A stretch of DNA of 64,000 nt from Spirochaetia bacterium (lineage in GTDB: Bacteria; Spirochaetota; Spirochaetia; SZUA-6; Bin103), in the NCBI GenBank assembly GCA_965208575.1, contig CBDBOV010000005.1, positions 32,001 to 96,000 on the forward strand. The letters run 5' to 3'. Position numbers and translations under genes: made by a program. Positions 38,885 through 47,943 of the stretch are shown piece after piece. Position 1 is the stretch's first letter. Every line of letters starts with the position of its first letter. The notes beneath the pieces are model-generated. The model was given only the letters and a program-made list of their open reading frames with translations, did not search any database and was not told the DNA's origin.

Positions 38885-40651
38885 ATGGCGACGCGCAGAC
38901 CGAACTTCGTTTTCGTCCTTACCGACGATCAGGGCTACGGCGACCTGGGGTGCCACGGCAACGACGTGATCCGCACCCCCAACCTGGACCGCTTCCACGG
39001 CGACGCGGTGCGCTTCACCGACTTCCACGTCGGCACCACCTGCGCGCCCACCCGCTCCGGCCTGCTGACCGGCCACTTCTGCAACAGCGCCGGGGTGTGG
39101 CACACCATTGGCGGGCGCTCGCTGCTGCGCGAGGATGAGTGGACGCTCGCCGACGCGCTGCGCGAGGCCGGCTACCGCACCGGGCAGTTCGGCAAGTGGC
39201 ACCTGGGCGACAGCCAGCCGTTCCGGCCCCACGAGCGCGGCTTCGAGCGCGCCGTGTACCACAACGGCGGCGGCATCGGCAACATCGGCGACGCCTGGGG
39301 CAACGACTACTTCGACGACACCTACTACGTGAACGGCGTGCCGCGCAAATTCGAGGGCTACTGCACCGACGTGTTCTTCCGCGAGGGCCTGCGCTTCATC
39401 GAGGAGCACCGCGCGGAGCCGTTCTACTGCCACATCTCCACCAACGCCCCGCACGGCCCGCTCAACGTCGAGCCGCACTACGCCGCCGCCTACGACGACT
39501 CCACCCCGCACGAGGACCGCGCCCGCTTCTACGGCATGATCACCAACATCGACGAGAATTTCGGCCTGCTGGTGCGGCGGCTCGACGAGTTGGGACTCGC
39601 CGAGAACACCATCGTCGTGTTCATGACCGACAACGGCACCGCCACCGGGGTGGAGCTGGACGCGCACGGGTTCCCGCGGGAGGGGCCGGGCAGCTTCAAC
39701 GCCGGCATGCGCGGCAAGAAGGGCTCGCCCTACGACGGCGGCCACCGGGTGCCATTCCTGCTGCGCTACCCGGGCGCCGGCGCGCGCGGCGGGCACGACG
39801 TGGGGCAGCTCACCAGCTACGTGGACTTCATGCCGACCATCCTCGACCTGTGCGGGGTGACGCCGCCGGCACAGCGCACCTTCCACGGCCGCAGTCTGAC
39901 CCCGCTGATGCGCGGCGAAGACGACGGCACCTGGGGGCAGCGCATCATGGTGGCCGACACGCAGCGCATCGCCCACCCCGCCAAGTGGCGCCTGAGCTCG
40001 GTGATGCGCGGCCCCTGGCGCCTGGTGCACGGGCTGGAGCTGTACCACCTCGGGCGCGACCCCGGCCAGCGCCGCGACGTCGCCGCCGAGCACCCGGACG
40101 TGGTGGCCGAGCTGCGCGCCGGCTACGAGCGCTGGTGGGAGCTGGTCTCCGAGCAGTTCGACCGCGACGTGCCGATGGTGATCGGAGGGGACGACGAGCC
40201 GGTGCGGCTCACCACCCACGACATGCGCAACGAGGCGTGCAACGGCGCCTGGAACCAGCGCCAGGTACGGGAAGGGCACGTCGCCGGCGGCTACTGGGCA
40301 ATCGACGTGCGCCGCGCCGGCCGCTATCGCGTCGAGTTGCGCCGCTGGCCGGAGGACGCCGGCTACGCCCTGGACGCCGGCATCGACGGCGACGACGTCC
40401 CGTGGCGGCGCGACGCCATCCAGGAGCAGCATGCGCCGCACTACTCCGGCGGCGTGGCGCTGCCGATCGGCTGGGCCGCCCTGACCGTGGGCGGCAGCAG
40501 CTACCACGCGGAGACCCCGTCCGGCGACACCGCCGCGGTGTTCGAGGTCGACCTCCAGGCCGGCCCCGACCGGCTCTCCGCCGCCTTCCACGACCGCATC
40601 GAGCGCACCATCGGCTCCTACTACGTCACCATCCACCCCGCCGGCGACTGA
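38885..40651 (+). CDS. Formylglycine-dependent arylsulfatase
   Basis: RPNFVFVLTDDQG, CAPTRSGLLTG, GKWHLG, TDNG, KGSPYDGGHRVP. Confidence 0.95.
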   Translation: MATRRPNFVFVLTDDQGYGDLGCHGNDVIRTPNLDRFHGDAVRFTDFHVGTTCAPTRSGLLTGHFCNSAGVWHTIGGRSLLREDEWTLADALREAGYRTGQFGKWHLGDSQPFRPHERGFERAVYHNGGGIGNIGDAWGNDYFDDTYYVNGVPRKFEGYCTDVFFREGLRFIEEHRAEPFYCHISTNAPHGPLNVEPHYAAAYDDSTPHEDRARFYGMITNIDENFGLLVRRLDELGLAENTIVVFMTDNGTATGVELDAHGFPREGPGSFNAGMRGKKGSPYDGGHRVPFLLRYPGAGARGGHDVGQLTSYVDFMPTILDLCGVTPPAQRTFHGRSLTPLMRGEDDGTWGQRIMVADTQRIAHPAKWRLSSVMRGPWRLVHGLELYHLGRDPGQRRDVAAEHPDVVAELRAGYERWWELVSEQFDRDVPMVIGGDDEPVRLTTHDMRNEACNGAWNQRQVREGHVAGGYWAIDVRRAGRYRVELRRWPEDAGYALDAGIDGDDVPWRRDAIQEQHAPHYSGGVALPIGWAALTVGGSSYHAETPSGDTAAVFEVDLQAGPDRLSAAFHDRIERTIGSYYVTIHPAGD

Positions 40652-40671
40652 CGGCACGCTTCCCGGGGCGT

Positions 40672-41178
40672 TCAGATTGGCCTGCTCATCTCGCGCTCGA
40701 ACAGGTTGGGGTCGTTCGGGTAGGGCTCGGTACTGCCGGTGAACGAGAAACCGAGGCTCCGGTAGAACGTGAAGGCGGTGTCGTTGTTGGACGTAACGGC
40801 CAAGCACACGGTTTGCGCGTCCCTGCTCCGAGCCCAGTCCAGCACCGCATGCACCAGTGCTCGGCCAACGCCGCGGCGGCGGTGCGTGGGAGCGACCCAC
40901 ATCGACACCAGGTGGGCCCGGCGCGGATCCTCGCGATCCAGGAACGCGCCCACGATCCCGCACGGTGTGCCGCAGTCCAGCGCCAGAAACGACGTGGAGC
41001 GGTCTCCGCTCCAGCGGTCGGCGCGCTGCAGCCAGTCTTCGTCGGTGTCTCGGGACTCGTCCGCGTAGGTGGACGAGAAGGCCGTGGGTGAATCCTTCAG
41101 GGCGCGCAACCGTGCGCCCTTGAACGCCAGTGCGTTCTGCCGCATGATCCGTTCAATCAAGACCCCACCATTGGCCAT
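40672..41178 (-). CDS. GNAT-family N-acetyltransferase
   Basis: RLRALKDSPTAFSS, SMWVAPTHRRRGVG, N..A..FYRSLGF. Confidence 0.9.
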   Translation of the reverse strand: MANGGVLIERIMRQNALAFKGARLRALKDSPTAFSSTYADESRDTDEDWLQRADRWSGDRSTSFLALDCGTPCGIVGAFLDREDPRRAHLVSMWVAPTHRRRGVGRALVHAVLDWARSRDAQTVCLAVTSNNDTAFTFYRSLGFSFTGSTEPYPNDPNLFEREMSRPI

Positions 41179-41231
41179 CGGTGCCATGGTTGACGCGGGA
41201 GGGAGCATGGGTCAACTTGAGCGGTACGCCC

Positions 41232-42068
41232 ATGAACGCTCCCACCACCGGCTACGTCGATCTCAGCGACCAGCAGCGTACCTTCTTCGAGGACAACGGA
41301 TACCTGTTGATCAAGGAGGCCTTGCCGCCTGACGTGGTCGGCGAGGTCGAGGCCGCCGTCGACGAACTCCACGCCCGCGCGCGGGTCGGCGGGCGGCTTG
41401 ACGCCGACGGCAGGTTCCAGTTGCGCAACTGCATCGTGCACCACGAGGCGTTCTTCCCGCTGCTCGACTGGCCGGCCACCGCTCCGCTGGCGTGGGGCAT
41501 CCTGAACTGGAACATCCAGCTCAACACTTCGCACCTGATCGTGCTGCCGCCGGGCCCTGAGCCGGCACTGCACGAGAAACGGCGCCTGGGGTTTCATCGC
41601 GACGGCGGCACCTCCTACGCCGAGATGCAGGAGCCGCACCCGCGCATCCTGCTCAAGATCGCCTACGCCATCAGCGACCAGTCCGACCCGGCCTGCGGCG
41701 CCACCGTCCTCGTACCCGGCAGCAACCGGCTCTCCGGCCGGCCGGCGACCGACCCGGAGACCGGTCTGGCAAGCGGTGCGGTAAGCATGAACGTCAACGC
41801 CGGCGATGCCTTCATCTTCGAGCAGCGCACCTGGCACGCCGCCGGACGCAACTGGTCCGACCGCGAACGCAAGACTATCTTCGTCGGCTACGCCTACCGC
41901 TGGGTCAAGCCGATGGACTACGTCGAGATGCCGAAGGCGATGCTGGCGCGGGCCAATCCGATCCAGCGGCAGTTGCTCGGCGCCGTGAGCGACCCGCTGA
42001 GTTACTACCTCCCCGACGACACCGACGTCCCACTGAAGGCCCTCGTCAAACGCAACGGCAGGCCCTGA
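41232..42068 (+). CDS. Phytanoyl-CoA dioxygenase (PhyH) family protein
   Basis: FFEDNGYL, FHRD, GAT.LVPGSN, GDA...RTWHA..N...RK. Confidence 0.9.
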   Translation: MNAPTTGYVDLSDQQRTFFEDNGYLLIKEALPPDVVGEVEAAVDELHARARVGGRLDADGRFQLRNCIVHHEAFFPLLDWPATAPLAWGILNWNIQLNTSHLIVLPPGPEPALHEKRRLGFHRDGGTSYAEMQEPHPRILLKIAYAISDQSDPACGATVLVPGSNRLSGRPATDPETGLASGAVSMNVNAGDAFIFEQRTWHAAGRNWSDRERKTIFVGYAYRWVKPMDYVEMPKAMLARANPIQRQLLGAVSDPLSYYLPDDTDVPLKALVKRNGRP

Positions 42069-42102
42069 CCGAATCGGTCAGACCACCGGCCATCCACCTG
42101 AA

Positions 42103-42924
42103 TCACTGCTCCTGAGCGGTCAGGAACCGCAGACGACCGGTAGGCGCAGCGATCAGGTGGCAGAACTTTGCCATGAGATGGTAGGGGTGACGGGCCGCCA
42201 TGGCGGTCTCGAGGCGCTCCAGCCTGGCGAAGAAGCCGGGGTCGTACTTGATCTCGTCGTCGACGATGTACCCGGTGACGCAGAGTATGCCGTAGTGTGC
42301 GATCACCTCGAATCCGCGGGCACCGAGCAGTTCGGAGAGCTCTTCGAAGGCGTGTCGGCGAACCGGGAAGTTCCCGAATTGGCGAGCGGTCGATGTCTTC
42401 GTATCGAGGCGGGATAGCGCGGCATCGAGATCTCCGTCCCTCACGGCCGCGTTCAGCGCCTCCGAGTAGCGGTTGACCTGTATCAGCGAGAGAATGCCAG
42501 ACGGCTTGAGGGAGCACGTGGCTGCTTCGACAGCCGCGCCGGCGTCTTCCACGTAGGACAGCACGTTGTGCAGCAGCACCACGTCGTGCGATTCCGCATC
42601 GAACAGATCCGGAATTGCACCGAGGTCGGCTTCTTTGAGTGTCAGGGAGTCGCGGGGGATCTCTTCCTGCCTGGCCGTCTCCCGCGCATCGGCCAGCATC
42701 CGTGCGGACCAATCGACGACCGTGATCCGGTGGCCCATCTTCGCCAGGGGGATGGAGTCGCGCGCGTTGCCGCCGCCGACGTCCAGTATGTCGACGCCCG
42801 GCGGGGGGAGGTGCCTGGTCAGATTCCGTAGTGCGATGGAGCGGCGCAGCCTGCCCCACGGGGTCCCCTCGTCGCGCTTCCAGGCCGCCAGGTTGGAGTC
42901 GAAGATGGAAGGGTCGGCCGTCAT
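42103..42924 (-). CDS. Class I SAM-dependent methyltransferase (SmtA/CmoM-like)
   Basis: ILDVGGG, VVD.S..ML, DVVLLHNVLSY, LKPSG. Confidence 0.88.
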   Translation of the reverse strand: MTADPSIFDSNLAAWKRDEGTPWGRLRRSIALRNLTRHLPPPGVDILDVGGGNARDSIPLAKMGHRITVVDWSARMLADARETARQEEIPRDSLTLKEADLGAIPDLFDAESHDVVLLHNVLSYVEDAGAAVEAATCSLKPSGILSLIQVNRYSEALNAAVRDGDLDAALSRLDTKTSTARQFGNFPVRRHAFEELSELLGARGFEVIAHYGILCVTGYIVDDEIKYDPGFFARLERLETAMAARHPYHLMAKFCHLIAAPTGRLRFLTAQEQ

Positions 42925-42931
42925 GAGTTCC

Positions 42932-43162
42932 TCACCGGCCATCGGCGCCATAGATCTGTTCGCGGCTCAACGATCCCGTGTATCCGGTCTTTACCGTCAC
43001 CAGCATGAGTTCGTCCCCGGCAGTATCGGGTGGCGCCATCCTGGCAGCACGCTGCAGAATTGCGCGCAACTCGCCCTGCAGGGACCTGTGGTTGCTGCGC
43101 GCCAGCCGCTGCAAGGCGTCAATTGTCTCCGGATGAACCTGCGTGACGTGTACTGACTTCAT
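42932..43162 (-). CDS. FitA/Arc-like ribbon-helix-helix antitoxin (no toxin)
   Basis: LARSNHRSLQGELRAIL and C-terminal SREQIYG. Confidence 0.8.
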   Translation of the reverse strand: MKSVHVTQVHPETIDALQRLARSNHRSLQGELRAILQRAARMAPPDTAGDELMLVTVKTGYTGSLSREQIYGADGR

Positions 43163-43205
43163 GGAGGCACTGGAATAGTACAACGTCGCAAGGCCTGACC
43201 GATCC

Positions 43206-43266
43206 ATGGATCGTGATCCTTTTTTCTAATCGATATATGGACTACGATCCTTTTTTCCAATAGGAT
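43206..43266. repeat. Two AT-rich imperfect direct repeats, 31-bp period
   Basis: ATGGA-N4-GATCCTTTTTTC(T/C)AAT at 43206 and 43237. Confidence 0.7.
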
Positions 43267-43387
43267 TCCGTCATGTTTCGCTGGCTTCTGCAGGAGTTGG
43301 GACTCGCCTGAGGCTGACGCCCGACGGCGGGCGCGCCAAGCGGCCGGCGCGCTTGCCGGGGGCCGGCGGGAGTGACAGAGTAGCGCC

Positions 43388-44908
43388 GTGGAAGTGACGG
43401 ACGAACTGACGCGGCGGGCGATGGCGGCGGTTGCGGAGGCGGCGCCGCGGGCCGCGGCCGATCCGGCGCGCCCGGTGTACCACTTCCTGCCGCCGGCGCA
43501 GTGGATGAACGACGTGCACGGCGCCTTCCACCACCGCGGCTGGTACCACGTGTTCTTCCAGTTCCTGCCCTGGAGCGATGACATCACCGAGGTAAAGGCG
43601 CGCGGTATCGGCTGGGGGCACGCGCGCAGCCGCGACCTGGTGCACTGGCAGTTCCTGCCGCCGGCGCTGCTGCCGCGGCCGGAGGACAATGCGCGCGCGC
43701 TCGCCTCCGGCAGCTCGTGGATCCGCGCGGACGGCGTGCCGATGCTGTTCTACACCCACACGCCGGTCGGCTTCCCGGCGCGGAAGCGGGAGCCGCGCGG
43801 CGCCCTGCCGGTCGACGATGAGCTGCTCACCTGGCGCACGGTCGACCTGGGGCTCGCCCCCGGCAACAGCGGCGTGCCCGCCGACATCCCCGCCATCTGG
43901 GCCGACATCTACCTGTTCGGCCACGGCGAGCGCGTGTTCGCCACCTTCAAGCAGAGCGACGGCCTGGTGTGCGAGGCGCAGAACCGGGAGTTGACCGAGT
44001 GGCGCGCGGTCGGGCATCTCGGCGGCACCGCCTCAATCGCCGCGGACGAGGACGGCGTGGCTGGCGAGTGCCCCAACGTGTTCACCCTGCAGGGACGCGG
44101 CGTGCTGATCCGCTCCACCTACCCGATCAGCTACCTGCTCGGCGACTTCGACCCCGACGCGGTCGCCTTCATGCCCGACGGTCCGCCGCGTATCCTGGAC
44201 TACGGCTACGGCGGCGCCGTGCAGCCGGCCCTGCACTCGCGCGGCCTGTACGGCACCACGGCATTCGTCGATCCCGTCGGCGATCCCGTTGGCGACCCGA
44301 GGGCTGAGCCGCCGGGAAACGATCGGCGGTGTGGCGCGCGAAGCGGGCGGGCGCGCACCGTGCTGGCCGGCTGGGTGAGCGGATTCGCGAAGGGCCGCGG
44401 CTGGAACGGCTGCATGTCGCTGCCGCGCCTGTTGAGCATCGAGGGCGGGCACCTGGTCCAGACGCCGCTGCCGGAGCTGCGCCGCCTGCGGCGCCGGCAC
44501 ACCCGCTACCGGAACCTGGTGCTCGACGGGCACGTACGGCTGATCCCGGAAGCGCGCGGCAAGGCCCTCGAGATCGTCGCCGAGCTGGCCCCCCGGACCG
44601 CCGCGAGCTGCGGCCTGCGGGTCCGGTGCCGGGACGACGGCTCCGGGGGCCTCGCGATCCGCTACACGCCCGGCACCCTGGACGTGGCCGGCACCCGGGT
44701 GCCGCTGCGGCTCACCGCCGGCGACACGCTCCGGCTGCACCTGTTCCTGGACCACTCGGTAATGGAGCTGTTCATTCAGGACGGGTCGGCGGCGGTCACC
44801 CGGGTAGACTACCCGCCCGAGGACGACGTCGCGGTGGCCCTGTTTGCCGACGGTGGCCCCGCGACTGCAATCTCGCTCGACGCCTGGGCGATCGACTCCA
44901 TCTGGTAG
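43388..44908 (+). CDS. Glycoside hydrolase family 32 protein
   Basis: YHFLPPAQWMND, WGHARSRDLVHW, ECP, MSLPR, LDHSVMELF. Confidence 0.9.
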   Translation: MEVTDELTRRAMAAVAEAAPRAAADPARPVYHFLPPAQWMNDVHGAFHHRGWYHVFFQFLPWSDDITEVKARGIGWGHARSRDLVHWQFLPPALLPRPEDNARALASGSSWIRADGVPMLFYTHTPVGFPARKREPRGALPVDDELLTWRTVDLGLAPGNSGVPADIPAIWADIYLFGHGERVFATFKQSDGLVCEAQNRELTEWRAVGHLGGTASIAADEDGVAGECPNVFTLQGRGVLIRSTYPISYLLGDFDPDAVAFMPDGPPRILDYGYGGAVQPALHSRGLYGTTAFVDPVGDPVGDPRAEPPGNDRRCGARSGRARTVLAGWVSGFAKGRGWNGCMSLPRLLSIEGGHLVQTPLPELRRLRRRHTRYRNLVLDGHVRLIPEARGKALEIVAELAPRTAASCGLRVRCRDDGSGGLAIRYTPGTLDVAGTRVPLRLTAGDTLRLHLFLDHSVMELFIQDGSAAVTRVDYPPEDDVAVALFADGGPATAISLDAWAIDSIW

Positions 44909-45208
44909 CGGCGCGCACCCTTCTCGCTTGCGGTTCAGCCGCATTGCCGGACCTCGACGCGGGCAGCCACCGCCACTCGGTGCAGATGAGCCATGCACGC
45001 TGGGAGGAGATGGAGCGGCCGCGCATGGCCCTCATCGCCGCGGCGCGCGGCTGGCTGTCCCGGGAAGTAGCTGCACTACGCGTTCTGATTCTTGACAGCC
45101 GGGCCGGGTTGCGGCGATGTTTGGGCGGTACCGGGCGGACGCCCGTAACAAGCGGGGGCCCGCGCAGTACCGATCAGCACATACCATCAAGGTTGAGGGA
45201 AGGAAGAT

Positions 45209-45580
45209 ATGGGAGAATCAGGAAGCATCACGGTCAGCCGGGAAGGCGTGGAGTCGTTGTTGGGTGCGGTCAGGAAGATACGTTCGGCGTTCAATCCGGA
45301 CGGCGCCGCGGTCAGGGACGGCGCGCCGGGGCTGGCCGCCTTCGTCGACCGGCTCGACAGTTCCGCCGCGCGCCTGGAAGGGCTGCTGGAGCGTACCGAC
45401 CCGGCGTCGGCCAGCGTCGAGGTGGACCGCGACAACGCGGAGATGGTGATGGCTGGGCTCAAGCGGTGGAGGGCAGCCTTCAACCCGGACCGGGCGGCGC
45501 TGAAGGAGGGCGCGCCGGGGCTGGCCGCGTTTGCCGAGCGCCTGGAGAAGAGCGCCGAGAACATCGAGGCCGCTCTGTAG
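45209..45580 (+). CDS. Hypothetical protein made of two ~60-aa repeats
   Basis: R(S/A)AFNPD.AA...GAPGLAAF..RL..SA occurs twice; purine-rich RBS. Confidence 0.75.
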   Translation: MGESGSITVSREGVESLLGAVRKIRSAFNPDGAAVRDGAPGLAAFVDRLDSSAARLEGLLERTDPASASVEVDRDNAEMVMAGLKRWRAAFNPDRAALKEGAPGLAAFAERLEKSAENIEAAL

Positions 45581-45733
45581 CAACTCGTCCACACCGACCA
45601 ACGCACGCAGTCCGTCGCCAATGCGGTCGGCCCGGCGGTGGCCCCTCCAGGGACTGGCGCCGGCCGCTTGCGCAGCGGTTGTGCAGCGGTTGTAGAGCCG
45701 GGCTCGTAGCGGCTGCACCTACGGGCTCGGCGG

Positions 45734-47500
45734 TCAGGCGCCGCGCTTCACCGAGATCGTCACCACGTCGGTCTTGCGGAACTTCTGATGACGCACGGAC
45801 GACGCGTAGTGGCGCAGCAGACGCAACGAGCTGTCGGAGCCCGTGATCGAGTCGTCCGGCTCGCCGAGCGTCGCGATCTCGTCTTCGATGTTGCCCCATC
45901 CCGAGCCGGCGACGAACTCCAGTTCCGCGAGATCGTGCGCGACGCGTGCCGAGACCCGCAGGTGCCGGCGAAGAGGCGCCGCCTCGCCGTCGTCCGCGAA
46001 CGGATCGTCTTCGCCCTTGAGCAGCAGGACCACTTCCTCGCAGGCGGCCCGCAGCGAGTTCATGGCACGCTCGCTCCAGCCGCGCCGTGACGCCAGGCTC
46101 ACCACGAACTCGTCCACGGCGGCAATCGCGGACCGGTCCAGGTCAACCGTACGCCGGCGCCGGCGCCCGGGCGGTTCCAGGATCAGCGACAGGACGATCG
46201 CCATGATGCCGCCCGCCGTCATGCCGTTGCCGAGCAGCAGCGCCAGGCGCCCCACCAGCAGCTCCGGAAAGATCCAGCCGTTCTGGAATCCCACCCCCAC
46301 CCAGAACGAAATCCCCACGATCGCGCTCTTGCGGTAGTCCAGCCCGGAGGCGACGGCGAGCCTCAGGCCCAGGGTGAACAGCACCGCCGCCAGCGCCAGG
46401 GTGAAGGCGCCGGCGACCGGACTGGGAATCGCCAACAGCAGGGCGACCAGTTTCGGGAAGAAAGCCAGCACCACGAACGCCAGGCCCGCGAACACGCCCA
46501 CGCGCCGCGCCGCCACGCCGGTGATCTCGGCCACGGCGACGCTGGTGGAATAGGTCGTGTTGGGCAGGGTGCCGGCAAGGCCGGACAGCAGGCTGCCGAC
46601 GCCGTCGGCGGCCACGGCGCCCTGCACCCGGCGGTAGTCGGTCGCCCGCGGCTGGCGCCAGGAGATCCTCTGGATGGCGACCGCATCGCCCACCGTCTCG
46701 ATGGCGCCGACCACGGCGGCGAAGCTGAACGATGGTATGAGCCAGAAATAGTGGCGCAGGGCAGCGAAGTCGAGCCCCGGCCACGCGGCAAAACGCGGCA
46801 TCCCGATCCAGGCCGCGTCCATCACCCGCTGCACGTCGTAGATGCCGAACGCCGCTCCCACCACACACCCGCACAGCACGCCCACGACCGGAGCCCACAC
46901 CCGCGCCAGGCCGCGGGTGCGCAGGGTCAGGACCATCATCACCGCCAGCGTCACGCCCCCGGCCAGCGGCGCCGCCGCGGCGGACGTGTCGGTTGGCGTC
47001 TGCGCGAACAGGTCGAAGATGACCGGCGCCAGCGTGACCGGGATCAGCATGATGACCGTGCTCGACACCGTGGGCGTGATCACCCGCCGCAGGGTGTACA
47101 GACGGCGCGCGATCCTGAATTGCGCCAACGACGACAGCATGACGAGCGTGGCGAGGAGTGCGGGACCGCCCTCCACCAGGGCGGTGATCGAGACGGCGAT
47201 GAAGGCGCCGGACGGACCCATCACCAGGAGATGACCCGAACCCATCCGCGGGCGCCGCGCCGTCTGCAGCATCGTGGTCAGGCCGCTCACGATCAGGCCC
47301 GCAAACACCGCCCACGACAGGTAGGAGTCCTCCAGGCCTGCGCTGCGCACCACGATCAGCACGGTGACCACCATGCTGGCGAGATACAGTGTGGCGTACT
47401 GTGCGGCCAGGCCGAGAGCGAGCAGGGGGCGCGGCTTGTCGTCCGGCTCGAAGCGGACGTCCTGTTCCGGGATGTTGTCCTGGGTCCGGTCTGCTGACAT
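45734..47500 (-). CDS. Xanthine/uracil permease (NCS2) with a C-terminal degenerate HATPase-like domain
   Basis: QYA, GLTTMLQ, ETVGD, ADGVGS, TTYS, TGVAARRVG, IPSPVAG; soluble tail RAACEE...SLRLLRHYASSVRHQ. Confidence 0.88.
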   Translation of the reverse strand: MSADRTQDNIPEQDVRFEPDDKPRPLLALGLAAQYATLYLASMVVTVLIVVRSAGLEDSYLSWAVFAGLIVSGLTTMLQTARRPRMGSGHLLVMGPSGAFIAVSITALVEGGPALLATLVMLSSLAQFRIARRLYTLRRVITPTVSSTVIMLIPVTLAPVIFDLFAQTPTDTSAAAAPLAGGVTLAVMMVLTLRTRGLARVWAPVVGVLCGCVVGAAFGIYDVQRVMDAAWIGMPRFAAWPGLDFAALRHYFWLIPSFSFAAVVGAIETVGDAVAIQRISWRQPRATDYRRVQGAVAADGVGSLLSGLAGTLPNTTYSTSVAVAEITGVAARRVGVFAGLAFVVLAFFPKLVALLLAIPSPVAGAFTLALAAVLFTLGLRLAVASGLDYRKSAIVGISFWVGVGFQNGWIFPELLVGRLALLLGNGMTAGGIMAIVLSLILEPPGRRRRRTVDLDRSAIAAVDEFVVSLASRRGWSERAMNSLRAACEEVVLLLKGEDDPFADDGEAAPLRRHLRVSARVAHDLAELEFVAGSGWGNIEDEIATLGEPDDSITGSDSSLRLLRHYASSVRHQKFRKTDVVTISVKRGA

Positions 47501-47617
47501 GCGACGACGGGCGCGCCAGGATCATAGCACAGTCGCCGCACGTATGCCCCGCCGCTACGCCGCAAGTGCCCTCGGCATTGCATTGTCCCGGTGTTTTCGC
47601 GACCATAGTTACAAACT

Positions 47618-47626
47618 TGGTACAAT
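47618..47626 (+). promoter_or_regulatory. Extended -10 promoter candidate for the leader gene/PKS operon
   Basis: TGGTACAAT (TGnTAnnnT) ends 15 nt before ATG 47642, in a divergent intergenic region. Confidence 0.6.
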
Positions 47627-47901
47627 GAGGCAGGGAAGATCATGAGCGAGATAGACGGGGTCTGGGAACTGGAGATGGATTCCATCCGCGGCAATGGGAC
47701 CGCGCAGTTGAGCCTCAAGACCGACGGAGCCACCGCCGCCGGCTCACTGTCCGGCGAAAAGCGCACGTTCGAGTTCGACAACGGCAGGGTGAAGGACAAC
47801 GCGGTTCGGTGGGAGGCCAACGTCAAGGTGCCGCTCCTGCGTCCTGCGCGGGTGCGAACGCCGAAAGCGGTAGCAAATCATTGACTCTGAGGCGGAAAAA
47901 A

Positions 47902-47943
47902 GGTCTACCTACCCCACGACACCACACCATGGGGAGGTAGACC
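47902..47943 (+). promoter_or_regulatory. Hairpin sequestering the transposase ribosome-binding site
   Basis: GGTCTACCT(A)CCCCA pairs with TGGGGAGGTAGACC immediately before ATG 47944. Confidence 0.7.

Noticed and set aside
42922-43039. Similar segments encoding AGEELM and AGDELM
   Set aside because: Short and gapped; compatible with chance or with the start of the lost toxin gene.
45670-45732. GCAGCGGTTGT tandem and a GTAG-type hairpin as a REP family
   Set aside because: Only one copy was seen in the window, so a repeat family cannot be supported.
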